A stretch of 64,000 nt of DNA from Muribaculaceae bacterium. Lineage in GTDB: Bacteria; Bacteroidota; Bacteroidia; Bacteroidales; Muribaculaceae. The stretch covers positions 31,384-95,383 of the forward strand of contig JAZTZO010000045.1 in assembly GCA_045637505.1 (NCBI GenBank). The letters are read 5' to 3'. The notes under the pieces are model-generated. The model had not been told where the DNA came from and did not search any database. It saw nothing but the letters and a program-made list of their open reading frames with translations. The translations under genes were made by a program, and so were the position numbers. Below, piece after piece: positions 19,701 through 27,186 of the stretch (position 1 is the stretch's first letter; each line of letters opens with the position of its first letter).

Positions 19701-20660
19701 AACGATACCATAGATTTTACCAAAACTATCCTTTTTGCCCCAACCGAAGTAATCGTTGATACCACGAGCATACATTTCTCCTTCATGGCGACACACATCC
19801 CAGTTCATTGCACGGTGAAGACCAGGTTGATATGTGTGGTCATATCCTTCAACCAAAAATCCAGGGACTGCATGACGAAGCACTGCATAGTATCCTTTAT
19901 AAGTTACACCATTAATTGTGGTATAATCATAATGTTCGCTTCCATCATAATACATAAAATCTAAGTCTCCTTTTACATAATAAGGATTTCCTTCAGAGTC
20001 TTTTCCAGATGGATAATAATTTTGTTTTGGGAAATATCTTTTATAACTTGCGTTATCTGAATAGTTATTATCTCGAGGACGAGTTGGGTCATTAAGCCAG
20101 TTGAAGTTCATATGCTTATTTGACATAGCATGAGGCCAACAAGCCATTGCCATTTTATCACTCTCTTTTACAGATGGATTTCCATCATATCCACGATGTA
20201 AAAATAAGCAATGGTTGAGGTGCGTGGGGATATCATGGTCACCAGTAGTTGCATTAGAGTGAATTGAAATAAACATATCAGCATTCCATGTTTGGGCTTC
20301 TGTTGCAATAACTGATAAAGATGGAGAAACTCCACACTTCACATGACTCATGCGAAGATTGGTTTGACTTGCATTATTAGCTTGTATGGAAGAATTATAC
20401 GGAACGCCATATTCTTTTAATTTTTCCAATAAGCCAAAGCCTTTTTGTAGGTTGGTGTTTGACTCATAAAAGTTTGCCGTATCAGCTCCAATAGGAATAC
20501 GCGAACCATGTTTGATAGTTGATTGAGGACGGTCATCTCCTGTAAACGAGCCGTGCCCTGGGTTAATGTAGATGCGCACACTGCTTGTGGTTTCTGCAGC
20601 CGAAGCGCTCAACGAGAGTGTTGCCGTAATTGCGGCAAGAAGTAAATGTTTTAGTTTCAT
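13743..20660 (-). CDS. Giant (2305 aa) T9SS-sorted surface protein with N-terminal N-acetylmuramoyl-L-alanine amidase (Amidase_3) domain
   Basis: The start is moved to the internal ATG at 20660, which gives the signal peptide MKLKHLLLAAITATLSLSASA. Amidase_3 motifs are IYINPGHGS, YESNTNL, ADMFISIHSNA and VPGFLVEGYDH. A CarboxypepD_reg-like module follows (VTVTLYNSNGVAVDTYTTDDEWNGAYFFKKVAPGTYTI). There are two Ig+propeller units, two GNWDP CBM-like modules and FN3-like modules. The C-terminal LRLYPNPANSVVTLEA...GVYIIHAAGRTTRLIKN is a type A T9SS sorting domain. Confidence 0.85.
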   Translation of the reverse strand: MKLKHLLLAAITATLSLSASAAETTSSVRIYINPGHGSFTGDDRPQSTIKHGSRIPIGADTANFYESNTNLQKGFGLLEKLKEYGVPYNSSIQANNASQTNLRMSHVKCGVSPSLSVIATEAQTWNADMFISIHSNATTGDHDIPTHLNHCLFLHRGYDGNPSVKESDKMAMACWPHAMSNKHMNFNWLNDPTRPRDNNYSDNASYKRYFPKQNYYPSGKDSEGNPYYVKGDLDFMYYDGSEHYDYTTINGVTYKGYYAVLRHAVPGFLVEGYDHTYQPGLHRAMNWDVCRHEGEMYARGINDYFGWGKKDSFGKIYGIVRDHSVVMDHPYYQVTSYVKDGGAGSTRDANQTINQIDNKKPLNNVTVTLYNSNGVAVDTYTTDDEWNGAYFFKKVAPGTYTIKHSLNGYKEVTQTVTVTANETNYLNIDMREASAGDPIQGHYAYGLKLTKVDEETYTASFKSTGAMSNGKIILTNTSTKAQTVIQTGAIKKGSNNVTIDATELEDGANYSWAVALDNPQSTGVDLIHSDNSVVSSGACLGLAIDNSETSANFGTIYTNTGLGVGIQKFNPDFTTDGKKVITGKFGTGGYANRITVNNGKVYIANYSTTNPGIWVYNPSASTASATNIYSTRVTGVTFYGEGTNRKMYATNPSNVSSRWAYEFNIGANDAVQSTYSKTLTNFNGVLWNDGDILATDKGLLFSQRRYTGGNDKGAPAFGLVSFNDAIIYDSYVLGESANGGNNTLLGTERGGMALSKDKNTFAIVSGIASDTDTGASINVHVYSVAWSGNTPSFSHQYSFPLSGTNRVDQMAFDHANNLYVASKQQGLLVYAIKNPSRQTVTNGSGTITGVNPPVPLYIVGNSDAIGNWDPAKAVEFTDNGKNYTITLNAPTTEFKISTGKGNVSGDWTAFDAGNLTTNDAITNGGTINLIAQHSYSNFVLPWAGVWNITVSGDLSTLTASTTTPKPLTPLYIVGNTAELGAWNTENAVEVANDGTKYTITLNENVTAFKISTNKGDATTFNNGNLTPGGAITNGGTLNLIADKDGGNIALPWEGVWNVTIAGDLSTLHASTSTPDPNVGPGIGPEPENAPNPDAETPDTPDTPDVDESEDAQTEGYFTYDLSSTQSGNNCVFKFKSTGARKNGRIILTNKSTGATIEFKTGEIKKGENSVTINAYDIAKGDYSWAVKINNGQINESKLLISDNSITYHNGSYQCRGGVAIDNDQTSANFGTIYASVGGAKGIQRYYPNRTKNGGFILGSNFYSGNIHSPFRLRTNSGKLYITDYYIGHGGVYVYNPSAGEKVTNIFTSSNTIPATGIAFTGSGSSRKLYAFDGAATSMGAASNVLKVKRYDIGTSDSWTAASASAQFNAVSALLINGNVEIIPSEKGIFVSQQRNSNSNTEDVPSIAHITPDGTITFNSGKDLPSLKGNYGCGMALYNNKVFATVNGSGNIEIYHITFSGNTPKFTYQYTITTNSATTEINQMDFDHAGNLYAFSRHEGLLGYSIKMNAQPITTNAMPKYTIAGMANPAPTNVVATRKCYSEGSNNTAGTVDAEITWKGEAGQYRIYYQTMRRDASGNRVEDNNTWQLAGTANIASGATTGSYTHKNLAHGGDYARIYNYKVVNYYSSANHEGLSKSISGKGRTVTSYPTQVPVNVAFTQSSVEVDGVTQYTLNPQLNISLNPEVFNASLRDDNDEPVKATKYVIVVDEATANVLNAASNVKEVGRFYRGPATMTANNCNHYVINDWYMVVDFDDVTPSGDLSKATKSLVWKDVDLDYTYKPQVYTSAVRTFNFTPNNAESAAYKINLPSPQWNANSNDGSGMGNVAEAIPVTGNIIESLVGNEDYPMGTFQKIGDIEKPTNPISITEANVIGATGCIDPLPVVDEILNEWDITYTLILKDKEGKVISEAVQESNATNKELYSNTQKRIVDILGLNVGRDETTSPDGRTRYTYNAGKNDNYTLLVRTTYRKTVDGKLVEKTNESEAPIIVNPSFPNPELDAENCPGYVFLEESTHWDEKANVEGDDDEYGGYFKYFYDVAMDIKWKVFNDNLVRYMGYYGKSKDWDCVGHPVESNIWTPYQAASILTDEVVGRYNNRITNNGKDYSKAELKGFGYTGSENWSALATEAGHFPIKVHYVWAGNEKLTNKANAKIQWELSANYPVVIYDEPIIKVSSTYQEGVHDISAPLTRNAVSGKDMYVITTTNQNYRDLEMDGIIEVKDEITTGVEDVNMARGTLRLYPNPANSVVTLEAWTVLDDVKVFTIDGQLVKEVEADDTRVKFNVSDLPTGVYIIHAAGRTTRLIKN

Positions 20661-20788
20661 AAATAAGGTAATGTCTTGCTTTGCGATTTTTGCCAAAAAC
20701 ACAAAAAACAAAACCATAAAAAGAGAACTCTTTTCATGGTATAATGCTAAGGTTGACTATTAATTTATTTGTAGTTAATTATTTTTTG

Positions 20789-20796
20789 CAAATGTA
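20789..20796 (-). promoter_or_regulatory. Candidate -7 box TACATTTG upstream of the giant gene
   Basis: The plus strand reads caaatgta. It is about 130 nt upstream of the ATG at 20660, so a long leader would be needed. Confidence 0.25.
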
Positions 20797-20924
20797 TAAA
20801 TAATACTTTATACATTGTGTAAATGGCGTAAAATTTAACATGATTTAAACGTGGTGTGCGGCTGTTTCCTGATATTTTATAGACAAAATGATTTTAATAG
20901 AGATTTGTTTTTGTCTTATATAAG

Positions 20925-21002
20925 ACAAAAGAACATAAGGACAGGTTTTTAATGGGGTTTCCATGCGTCAGCCTTATGATCTTTTGTTCTTATGTCTAAA
21001 AA
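20925..21002. repeat. Repeat element copy A (hairpin-forming) upstream of the GxxExxY gene
   Basis: 20934-21002 is 67/69 identical to 21566-21634. The arms acaaaagaacataagg / ccttatgatcttttgt pair 15/16 around a 31-nt loop. Confidence 0.85.
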
Positions 21003-21050
21003 ATAAGACTTTTCTTTTGTTTTTATGTGGGAGAATTAAAAAAGATGTAT

Positions 21051-21058
21051 TAAGTTTG
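21051..21058 (+). promoter_or_regulatory. Candidate -7 box TAAGTTTG for the GxxExxY gene
   Basis: Exact TAnnTTTG 30 nt upstream of the ATG at 21088. Confidence 0.4.
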
Positions 21059-21087
21059 TATTTCAATCATCATAAAAACACCTCCAT

Positions 21088-21471
21088 ATGGACAGCAATG
21101 AGTTGATAAAGAAAATAATACAGTGTGCTTATAATGTGAGAATGCAATTGTCTGCAGGATATTTGGAATCAATATATAAAAAAGCGTTACTGATAGAACT
21201 TCGTGAAAATGGATTGTTGGCAGAAGAGGAGTGGCCTATAACTGTGTTTTATAATGATATTGTGGTAGGAGAATATCGCGCAGATATAATAGTGAATAGA
21301 GAGGTTATTATAGAATTGAAGGCGGTACAAAATTTACACCAACTACATGAAGCGCAACTCGTCAACTATTTAACTGCCACAAAGATAGAAAATGGTTTGT
21401 TGATTAATTTTGGTGGCGAAAAGCTAGAAATTAAGCGTAAATACCGCACTTATAAAAACACAAGCATATAA
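21088..21471 (+). CDS. GxxExxY protein (PD-(D/E)XK nuclease-fold family)
   Basis: The signature is GYLESIY. The downstream YRADIIVNREVIIELKAVQ provides the D...E.K core, and the end is LINFGGEKLEIKR. Confidence 0.85.
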   Translation: MDSNELIKKIIQCAYNVRMQLSAGYLESIYKKALLIELRENGLLAEEEWPITVFYNDIVVGEYRADIIVNREVIIELKAVQNLHQLHEAQLVNYLTATKIENGLLINFGGEKLEIKRKYRTYKNTSI

Positions 21472-21556
21472 GGAAGATCTAAGACAAAAGAACAAGTTTA
21501 TTGAGGTCATAAAAGACATAGGAACACAAGTACATGTTTTTTATGAGATATAAAAT

Positions 21557-21634
21557 ACACAAGCACATAAGGACAGGTTTTTAATGGGGTTTCTATGCGT
21601 TAGCCTTATGATCTTTTGTTCTTATGTCTAAAAA
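21557..21634. repeat. Repeat element copy B, 7 nt from the mfd stop codon
   Basis: Same 69-nt core as copy A with 2 substitutions. The left arm is acacaagcacataagg. Confidence 0.85.
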
Positions 21635-21640
21635 TTTGTT

Positions 21641-24600
21641 TTATATTGCATCCATTGATTGGATGGTTGTGAGGATATCGACGGCGGCTTCGACGGTTGT
21701 AACCATTGCGATGGAGATGCTACGGCGATTGTTGTTTTCGCGTATGTTGCATCGGCGTGCATTTTGTTGCATGAAATTGATAATTTTGCCAAACATAGGC
21801 GATTGATAATAGGCCTTGTTGCTTTCGTCAACAAAATAAAGATACATACGTTCTTGCTTTAGCGATACTTTTTCGATGCCGAGTTGTCGGGCAAGACGGC
21901 GAAGGCGTGGCACGCGTAACAGTTCGGCCGTTTCGGGTGGAATTTTGCCAAAACGGTCAACGAGTCGTTCTTTAAATGCTTGAAGGTCAATTTCTCGTTC
22001 AATGCTGTCGAGTTCTTTGTAAAGGATTATGCGCTCGCTCTCTTGAGGCACATATGAAGAGGGAAGGAGTAGCTCCATGTCGCTTTCGATAACGCAATCG
22101 GCCACATATTCTTTTTCATCGTTGTCGTCGGCTGTGAGTACATCAGAGAATTCTTCGGTGCGAAGTTCGACAACGGCCTCTTTGAGTATTTTTTGGTATG
22201 TTTCGTATCCAAGATCGGCGATAAATCCACTTTGTTCGGCACCGAGAAGGTTGCCAGCTCCACGAATGTCGAGGTCTTGCATGGCAATGTGTATGCCACT
22301 ACCAAGGTCGGAGAAACTTTCGATGGCTTGCAATCGACGGCGCGACACGGGCGAAAGTGGTAAGTGAGGAGGCACAAGTAGGTAGCAGAATGCTTTGCGA
22401 TTGCTACGGCCCACGCGTCCGCGGAGTTGGTGCAGTTCACTCAAACCAAAGTTTTGAGCGTTATTTATGATAATCGTGTTGACATTGGGCATGTCGATAC
22501 CCGATTCAATGATTGTTGTAGCCAATAGTATGTCGTAGTCGTGATTGGCAAAGTCGATAATCACTTTTTCGAGTTTATCGGGAGCCATTTGTCCATGTCC
22601 CACCACTGTGCGAGCATCAGGCACGAGTCGGCGCACCATTGCTTCAAGGTCATAAAGGCCTTCGATGCGATGGTTGACGATGAAGACTTGTCCGTTGCGC
22701 GACATTTCAAAGTTTATGGCTTCGAGCAGAATGTCGTCGTTTAGTGCGTTTACCGATGTGACGATGGGGTAGCGATTGGCAGGTGGAGTGGTGATTGCCG
22801 ATAGGTCGCGTGCTCCCATGAGAGAGAATTGCAAGGTGCGAGGAATGGGGGTGGCACTCATGGTCAATGTATCGACATTGACTTTCATTTGTTTGAGTTT
22901 CTCTTTTACGGCAACGCCAAATTTTTGTTCTTCATCGACGACGAGCAATCCCAAGTCTTTGAATTTCACATCTTTGCCTATGAGCTTGTGGGTGCCTATG
23001 AGAATGTCTATTTTACCTTCGGCAAGGTCGGCGATGATTTGCTTCACTTGCTTGGGTGTGCGAGCGCGTGAAAGATAATCGACTCTCACGGGGAAGTCTT
23101 TCAAGCGGTCTTTAAATGTGTGGTAGTGTTGATAGGCAAGCACTGTTGTGGGAACGAGTACGGCAGTCTGTTTGCTATCGGTCGCTGCTTTGAATGCTGC
23201 ACGAATGGCAATCTCGGTTTTACCAAATCCCACATCGCCACAAATGAGGCGGTCCATGGGTCGCGAACTTTCCATGTCGGCTTTGACGGCAGCCGTAGTG
23301 GTGAGTTGGTCGGGGGTGTCTTCGTAGATGAATGAGGCCTCGAGCTCTTGTTGCATATATCCGTCGGGGGAGAAACTATAACCTGTTTCGTTCTTGCGTG
23401 CGGCATATAGTTTTATGAGGTCGCGGGCAATATCTTTGAGTTTTGACTTTGTTTTCTCTTTGATGCGATTCCATGCGCCGGTCCCCAATTTGTTGATTTT
23501 AGGAGGCACGCCCTCTTTGCCACGATATTTTGATAGTTTGTGTAGCGAGTGGATGGACACGAAGATGATATCATCGTTTTGATAAGTGAGTTTTATCATC
23601 TCTTGTATGCGTCCGTTCACATTGGTGCGTAGTAGTCCGGCAAATCGTCCTACTCCGTGGTCGATGTGCACGATGAAGTCGCCCACCTCAATCGATGATA
23701 GTTCTTTGAGCGATAATGCCAGTTTGCCCGAGCGAGCGCGGTCGCTTTTGAGAGTGTATTTGTGAAAACGGTCAAAGATTTGGTGGTCGGTGAAGAAGCA
23801 ACTTTTGGTAGAGTGATCGACAAACCCTTCGTGTATAGTGGAGAAGATGGGAGTGAATGAGATATCATCGCCACGGTCTTCAAAGATCACTTTCAAACGC
23901 TCTATTTGCTTTTCGCTGTCGCTTAATATATATAATGTATATCCCTCGGCGAGCATCTTTTTGAAATCCTCGCTTATGAGGTCAAAATTTTTGTGATAAA
24001 TGCCTTGGGGAGAGCAGCAGAGGTCGATAGATGCTTTGGCATCGCTATCGGGCTGTGCTGCGGCCGAGAAACGGAGTTGGCGGAATTGTGAGAAACGAGC
24101 TGTAAACTCATCGGCATCAACTACTTGATTCATTGCATTGCGGTCGCCCTCGTTGGCAATGAGCGAACTTTCAGAGAATGTTTCGCCGGCAATTTCGCGT
24201 ATGCGGCTCAAGGTGTATTGGGCATCGCGCACGGCGATGAGGGTGTCGTCGCCTATGAAGTTGAGCAAAGAGTCGCCGTGAGAGTGTTGAGCCACATTTG
24301 ATGTTATGGAGATGTCGTCGAGGCGTTGTTGCGAGAGTTGTGTTTCTATATTGAATGTGCGCATTGAGTCAATTTCATCGCCAAAAAAGTCAATGCGATA
24401 GGGAAGCTCGTTGGAGTAGCCAAAAATGTCGAGGATAGAGCCACGAAGAGCAAAATGCCCAGGCTCATATACATAATCGACCTCGATGAACCCATTATCG
24501 CGCAGCCAGTTGATAGTTTCGACGGGGTCAACCGTGTCGCCTTGTTTGAGGCGAAGAGTGTGGCGAGCGATTGTATCTTTTGAAGCCACGCGTTCGGCAA

Positions 24601-24982
24601 TGGCATCGGGATAGGTGATTACATATCGCAAGAGGGGGTTGGTGTGCCAATTGTTTAGCACTTCGGTGCGCAGAATTTGCGAGGGGGCATCAATCTGTCC
24701 ATATTTTATGTCGCGTTTGTAGCCCGAGGGGAACATCAACACAGCTTCTTCACCTAAAATGCGCGAAAGATCGTGATAAAGATATCCAGCATCATCGAGA
24801 CTGTCGCCTATGATGAGCGTAGGCGATTGGCGAGGTGTCATGCCTGCAAAAAGCAACGCGGGCGCCGAACCTGCCAATGCGTAGGCCGATGTGCATAACG
24901 ATTTGCCACCGAGGAGTTTGTCGATGGCTTTGCGCCGTTGAGGGGTGACGAATATTTCGCTAAGATTGCGCTGTGTTGACAT
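21641..24982 (-). CDS. mfd: Transcription-repair coupling factor
   Basis: 1113 aa with a UvrB-homology N-terminus, a CarD-like region, helicase motifs GDVGFGKTE and VVDEEQKFG, and a TRG/D7 C-terminus. Confidence 0.95.
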   Translation of the reverse strand: MSTQRNLSEIFVTPQRRKAIDKLLGGKSLCTSAYALAGSAPALLFAGMTPRQSPTLIIGDSLDDAGYLYHDLSRILGEEAVLMFPSGYKRDIKYGQIDAPSQILRTEVLNNWHTNPLLRYVITYPDAIAERVASKDTIARHTLRLKQGDTVDPVETINWLRDNGFIEVDYVYEPGHFALRGSILDIFGYSNELPYRIDFFGDEIDSMRTFNIETQLSQQRLDDISITSNVAQHSHGDSLLNFIGDDTLIAVRDAQYTLSRIREIAGETFSESSLIANEGDRNAMNQVVDADEFTARFSQFRQLRFSAAAQPDSDAKASIDLCCSPQGIYHKNFDLISEDFKKMLAEGYTLYILSDSEKQIERLKVIFEDRGDDISFTPIFSTIHEGFVDHSTKSCFFTDHQIFDRFHKYTLKSDRARSGKLALSLKELSSIEVGDFIVHIDHGVGRFAGLLRTNVNGRIQEMIKLTYQNDDIIFVSIHSLHKLSKYRGKEGVPPKINKLGTGAWNRIKEKTKSKLKDIARDLIKLYAARKNETGYSFSPDGYMQQELEASFIYEDTPDQLTTTAAVKADMESSRPMDRLICGDVGFGKTEIAIRAAFKAATDSKQTAVLVPTTVLAYQHYHTFKDRLKDFPVRVDYLSRARTPKQVKQIIADLAEGKIDILIGTHKLIGKDVKFKDLGLLVVDEEQKFGVAVKEKLKQMKVNVDTLTMSATPIPRTLQFSLMGARDLSAITTPPANRYPIVTSVNALNDDILLEAINFEMSRNGQVFIVNHRIEGLYDLEAMVRRLVPDARTVVGHGQMAPDKLEKVIIDFANHDYDILLATTIIESGIDMPNVNTIIINNAQNFGLSELHQLRGRVGRSNRKAFCYLLVPPHLPLSPVSRRRLQAIESFSDLGSGIHIAMQDLDIRGAGNLLGAEQSGFIADLGYETYQKILKEAVVELRTEEFSDVLTADDNDEKEYVADCVIESDMELLLPSSYVPQESERIILYKELDSIEREIDLQAFKERLVDRFGKIPPETAELLRVPRLRRLARQLGIEKVSLKQERMYLYFVDESNKAYYQSPMFGKIINFMQQNARRCNIRENNNRRSISIAMVTTVEAAVDILTTIQSMDAI

Positions 24983-24994
24983 ATAATATTGTGA

Positions 24995-26659
24995 CTACTT
25001 TTTAGTAGGCTTCAAGATTGATTGATATTTCTTCTTGTCGTGGAGCACTGTTGCTGCCGAGTCAACAACGATGTCGGTGCGAAGTGCTTCGATGATTTGA
25101 CCTTTTTGGAAATAATATCGTCCCACGATTTCCTCCGAAAGGTATTCGCTAATCTCTTTGCGATGGGTGTTGAGGTCTTTGTCGAGGTCGTGGCGAAGCA
25201 TTTTTTCGAGAATCTCAAATTGTGCTTTAACGCTGTCGGTCATGTAACCTTCCACCTCAGCAACTTTCTTGAGGGTTGATAGCCCTGTTTCACACACTTT
25301 ATCGTATTTGAATTTTTCGGGGTCGATAAACTTTTTGAAGTCGTCATAAATAGAGTCGGTGATGACAAATTCTTGAGGCGAGGGGATTGATGCAGTAGTA
25401 GCAGCAAAACGATTGGCGTAGTCAAAGGCCCAATGGTTCATGACAATATTATAAACCAAACGATTGCCTTCGGGGAAGGTGACTGTAACATCGGGTGTGA
25501 TGCCACCGCCATCGCGCACTTCGCGTCCGTTGGCAGTTTTGAATACGTTTGTGAGACTGTCGGGGGTGCGAGCCACCGAACCATCTTCGTTGCGATGTGA
25601 ATAGTCAATGGCTTGAATGAGGCGGCCACTGGGAATGTAGTATTTAGCGGTTGTAACCTTTAAAAGTCCGTTATAGGGGAGTGGGCGAGTAGATTGCACC
25701 AATCCTTTACCAAAAGAGCGAGTGCCTATGACTACGGCACGGTCGAGGTCTTGCAATGCACCCGATACGATTTCGGCACTTGATGCAGTGCCATTGTTGA
25801 TGAGCACGGCAAGAGGAATTTCGGTGTCGATGGGCTTGGTAGTGGTTTTATATACCTTTTCGTTTAATAAGCCCTTGCCTCGAGTGCGTAAAACTTCGGT
25901 GTTTTTGGGCACAAAAAGTCCGACAATTTTAATAGAACTTTCGAGTAGTCCACCACCATTGTTGCGAAGGTCGAGAACGATTGACTTCACATTGGGGTTT
26001 TTCTTTAGTTCAATGAGGGCTTCTTTAACCTTGTTGGCCGAATGCTCGTTGAATGTTGTGAGAGCTATATATCCAATGTCGCCACGCACTACGCCATAGT
26101 AGGGGACGGGCTCAACTTGTATTTTGCCACGAGTAATCTCCATTGTGATGATTGAGTCGGTCACATAGGGGCGCTTAACTGTAACAGTAACTTTAGTGCC
26201 GGCTTGGCCTTTGAGGCGAGCGCTCACTTTGTCGCTTTTCCAACCGAGCACTGTGTCGCCGTCAATTACCATGATGAGGTCGCCAGGGCGAAGTCCCGCT
26301 TTTTGAGCAGGAGAGCCTTCTTGAGGTTCTGAAATATATACATTGCCATTGCGTTGAAGAATTACCGAACCTATCCCGGCATATTCGCCCGATGAAATGG
26401 TGCGAAATTCATCTTGATCTTCTTCAGAGATGTATTCGGTATAGGGGTCGATGTCCATCAACATAGCATCGATAGCATTGCGCATCGACTTGTCGGCATC
26501 GATGGTGTCAACATAGTGAGTTTGCAACTCTTTATATATAGAATTGAAGATATTGAGGTTGCGAGAAATCGCCGATTTGTCGCTACGAGTGGTGGCTGTA
26601 GAACCAAATATTGATAATGCACACACCATAATAACTATGGTAGATATGAATTTTCTCAT
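24995..26659 (-). CDS. S41 family C-terminal processing peptidase
   Basis: The start is moved to the ATG at 26659 (MRKFISTIVIMVCALSIFGS signal). It has a PDZ domain (GLRPGDLIMVIDGD), the catalytic Ser motif NNGTASSAEIV and the Lys motif RSFGKG. Confidence 0.9.
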   Translation of the reverse strand: MRKFISTIVIMVCALSIFGSTATTRSDKSAISRNLNIFNSIYKELQTHYVDTIDADKSMRNAIDAMLMDIDPYTEYISEEDQDEFRTISSGEYAGIGSVILQRNGNVYISEPQEGSPAQKAGLRPGDLIMVIDGDTVLGWKSDKVSARLKGQAGTKVTVTVKRPYVTDSIITMEITRGKIQVEPVPYYGVVRGDIGYIALTTFNEHSANKVKEALIELKKNPNVKSIVLDLRNNGGGLLESSIKIVGLFVPKNTEVLRTRGKGLLNEKVYKTTTKPIDTEIPLAVLINNGTASSAEIVSGALQDLDRAVVIGTRSFGKGLVQSTRPLPYNGLLKVTTAKYYIPSGRLIQAIDYSHRNEDGSVARTPDSLTNVFKTANGREVRDGGGITPDVTVTFPEGNRLVYNIVMNHWAFDYANRFAATTASIPSPQEFVITDSIYDDFKKFIDPEKFKYDKVCETGLSTLKKVAEVEGYMTDSVKAQFEILEKMLRHDLDKDLNTHRKEISEYLSEEIVGRYYFQKGQIIEALRTDIVVDSAATVLHDKKKYQSILKPTKK

Positions 26660-26817
26660 AATGCAAAGTTGAGATTTAATGATGAAAACATATAAATAGG
26701 CAACGAAGTTACGCAATATTATAACAATAATGGCACTATTTTCCACAAAAAAGACTTAAAATTGAAGATAAAAGTAAGATTTTTGCAAAAAATATTGCAT
26801 AATTCAAAATTTGGGAT

Positions 26818-26825
26818 TAATTTTG
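26818..26825 (+). promoter_or_regulatory. Candidate -7 box TAATTTTG for the tRNA pair
   Basis: Exact TAnnTTTG 32 nt upstream of the first tRNA. Confidence 0.3.
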
Positions 26826-26856
26826 CAACGCAATTTTGAAAAGGGTTGCATTTTCT

Positions 26857-26930
26857 GCTTCAGTAGCTCAGTTGGTTAGAGCACCTGACTGTTAATCAGG
26901 GGGTCGTTGGTTCAAGCCCATCCTGAAGCG
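26857..26930 (+). tRNA. tRNA-Asn (anticodon GTT)
   Basis: Hand-folded cloverleaf: acceptor gcttcag/ctgaagc, D arm gctc-agttggtta-gagc, anticodon arm cctga-ctGTTaa-tcagg, T arm gttgg-ttcaagc-ccatc (one U-U mismatch), discriminator g. There is no encoded CCA. Confidence 0.9.
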
Positions 26931-26957
26931 CGAAAAAAGTTTAGTTGGTTAATATTT

Positions 26958-27031
26958 GCTTCAGTAGCTCAGTTGGTTAGAGCACCTGACTGTTAATCAG
27001 GGGGTCGTTGGTTCAAGCCCATCCTGAAGCG
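26958..27031 (+). tRNA. tRNA-Asn (anticodon GTT), identical second copy
   Basis: 74/74 identical to 26857-26930, at a 101-nt period. Confidence 0.9.
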
Positions 27032-27034
27032 CAA

Positions 27035-27070
27035 AAAGAGATTGCAGTGTTGCAGTCTCTTTTTGTATTT
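27035..27070 (+). terminator. Terminator after the tRNA pair
   Basis: Hairpin aaagagattgca-gtgt-tgcagtctcttt (one G-U pair), then ttgtatttt. Confidence 0.55.
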
Positions 27071-27186
27071 TATGCCCATAGGTTGCAAGTATAGTAGCAA
27101 AAGGTGTGGGAAATGTAAATGGTTATTCAAGCACAAAGGGGTGTTGCGATTGCAACACCCCTTTGTGATATATGCGATTGATTTTC

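Noticed and set aside
20661-20717. Upstream extensions of track ORFs (20717, 26746, 28838, 32778, 33440, 35614, 40751, 5192)
   Set aside because: The internal ATGs give canonical signal peptides or lipoboxes, or known N-termini. The extensions are hydrophobic junk, overlap upstream genes, or begin at TTG codons.
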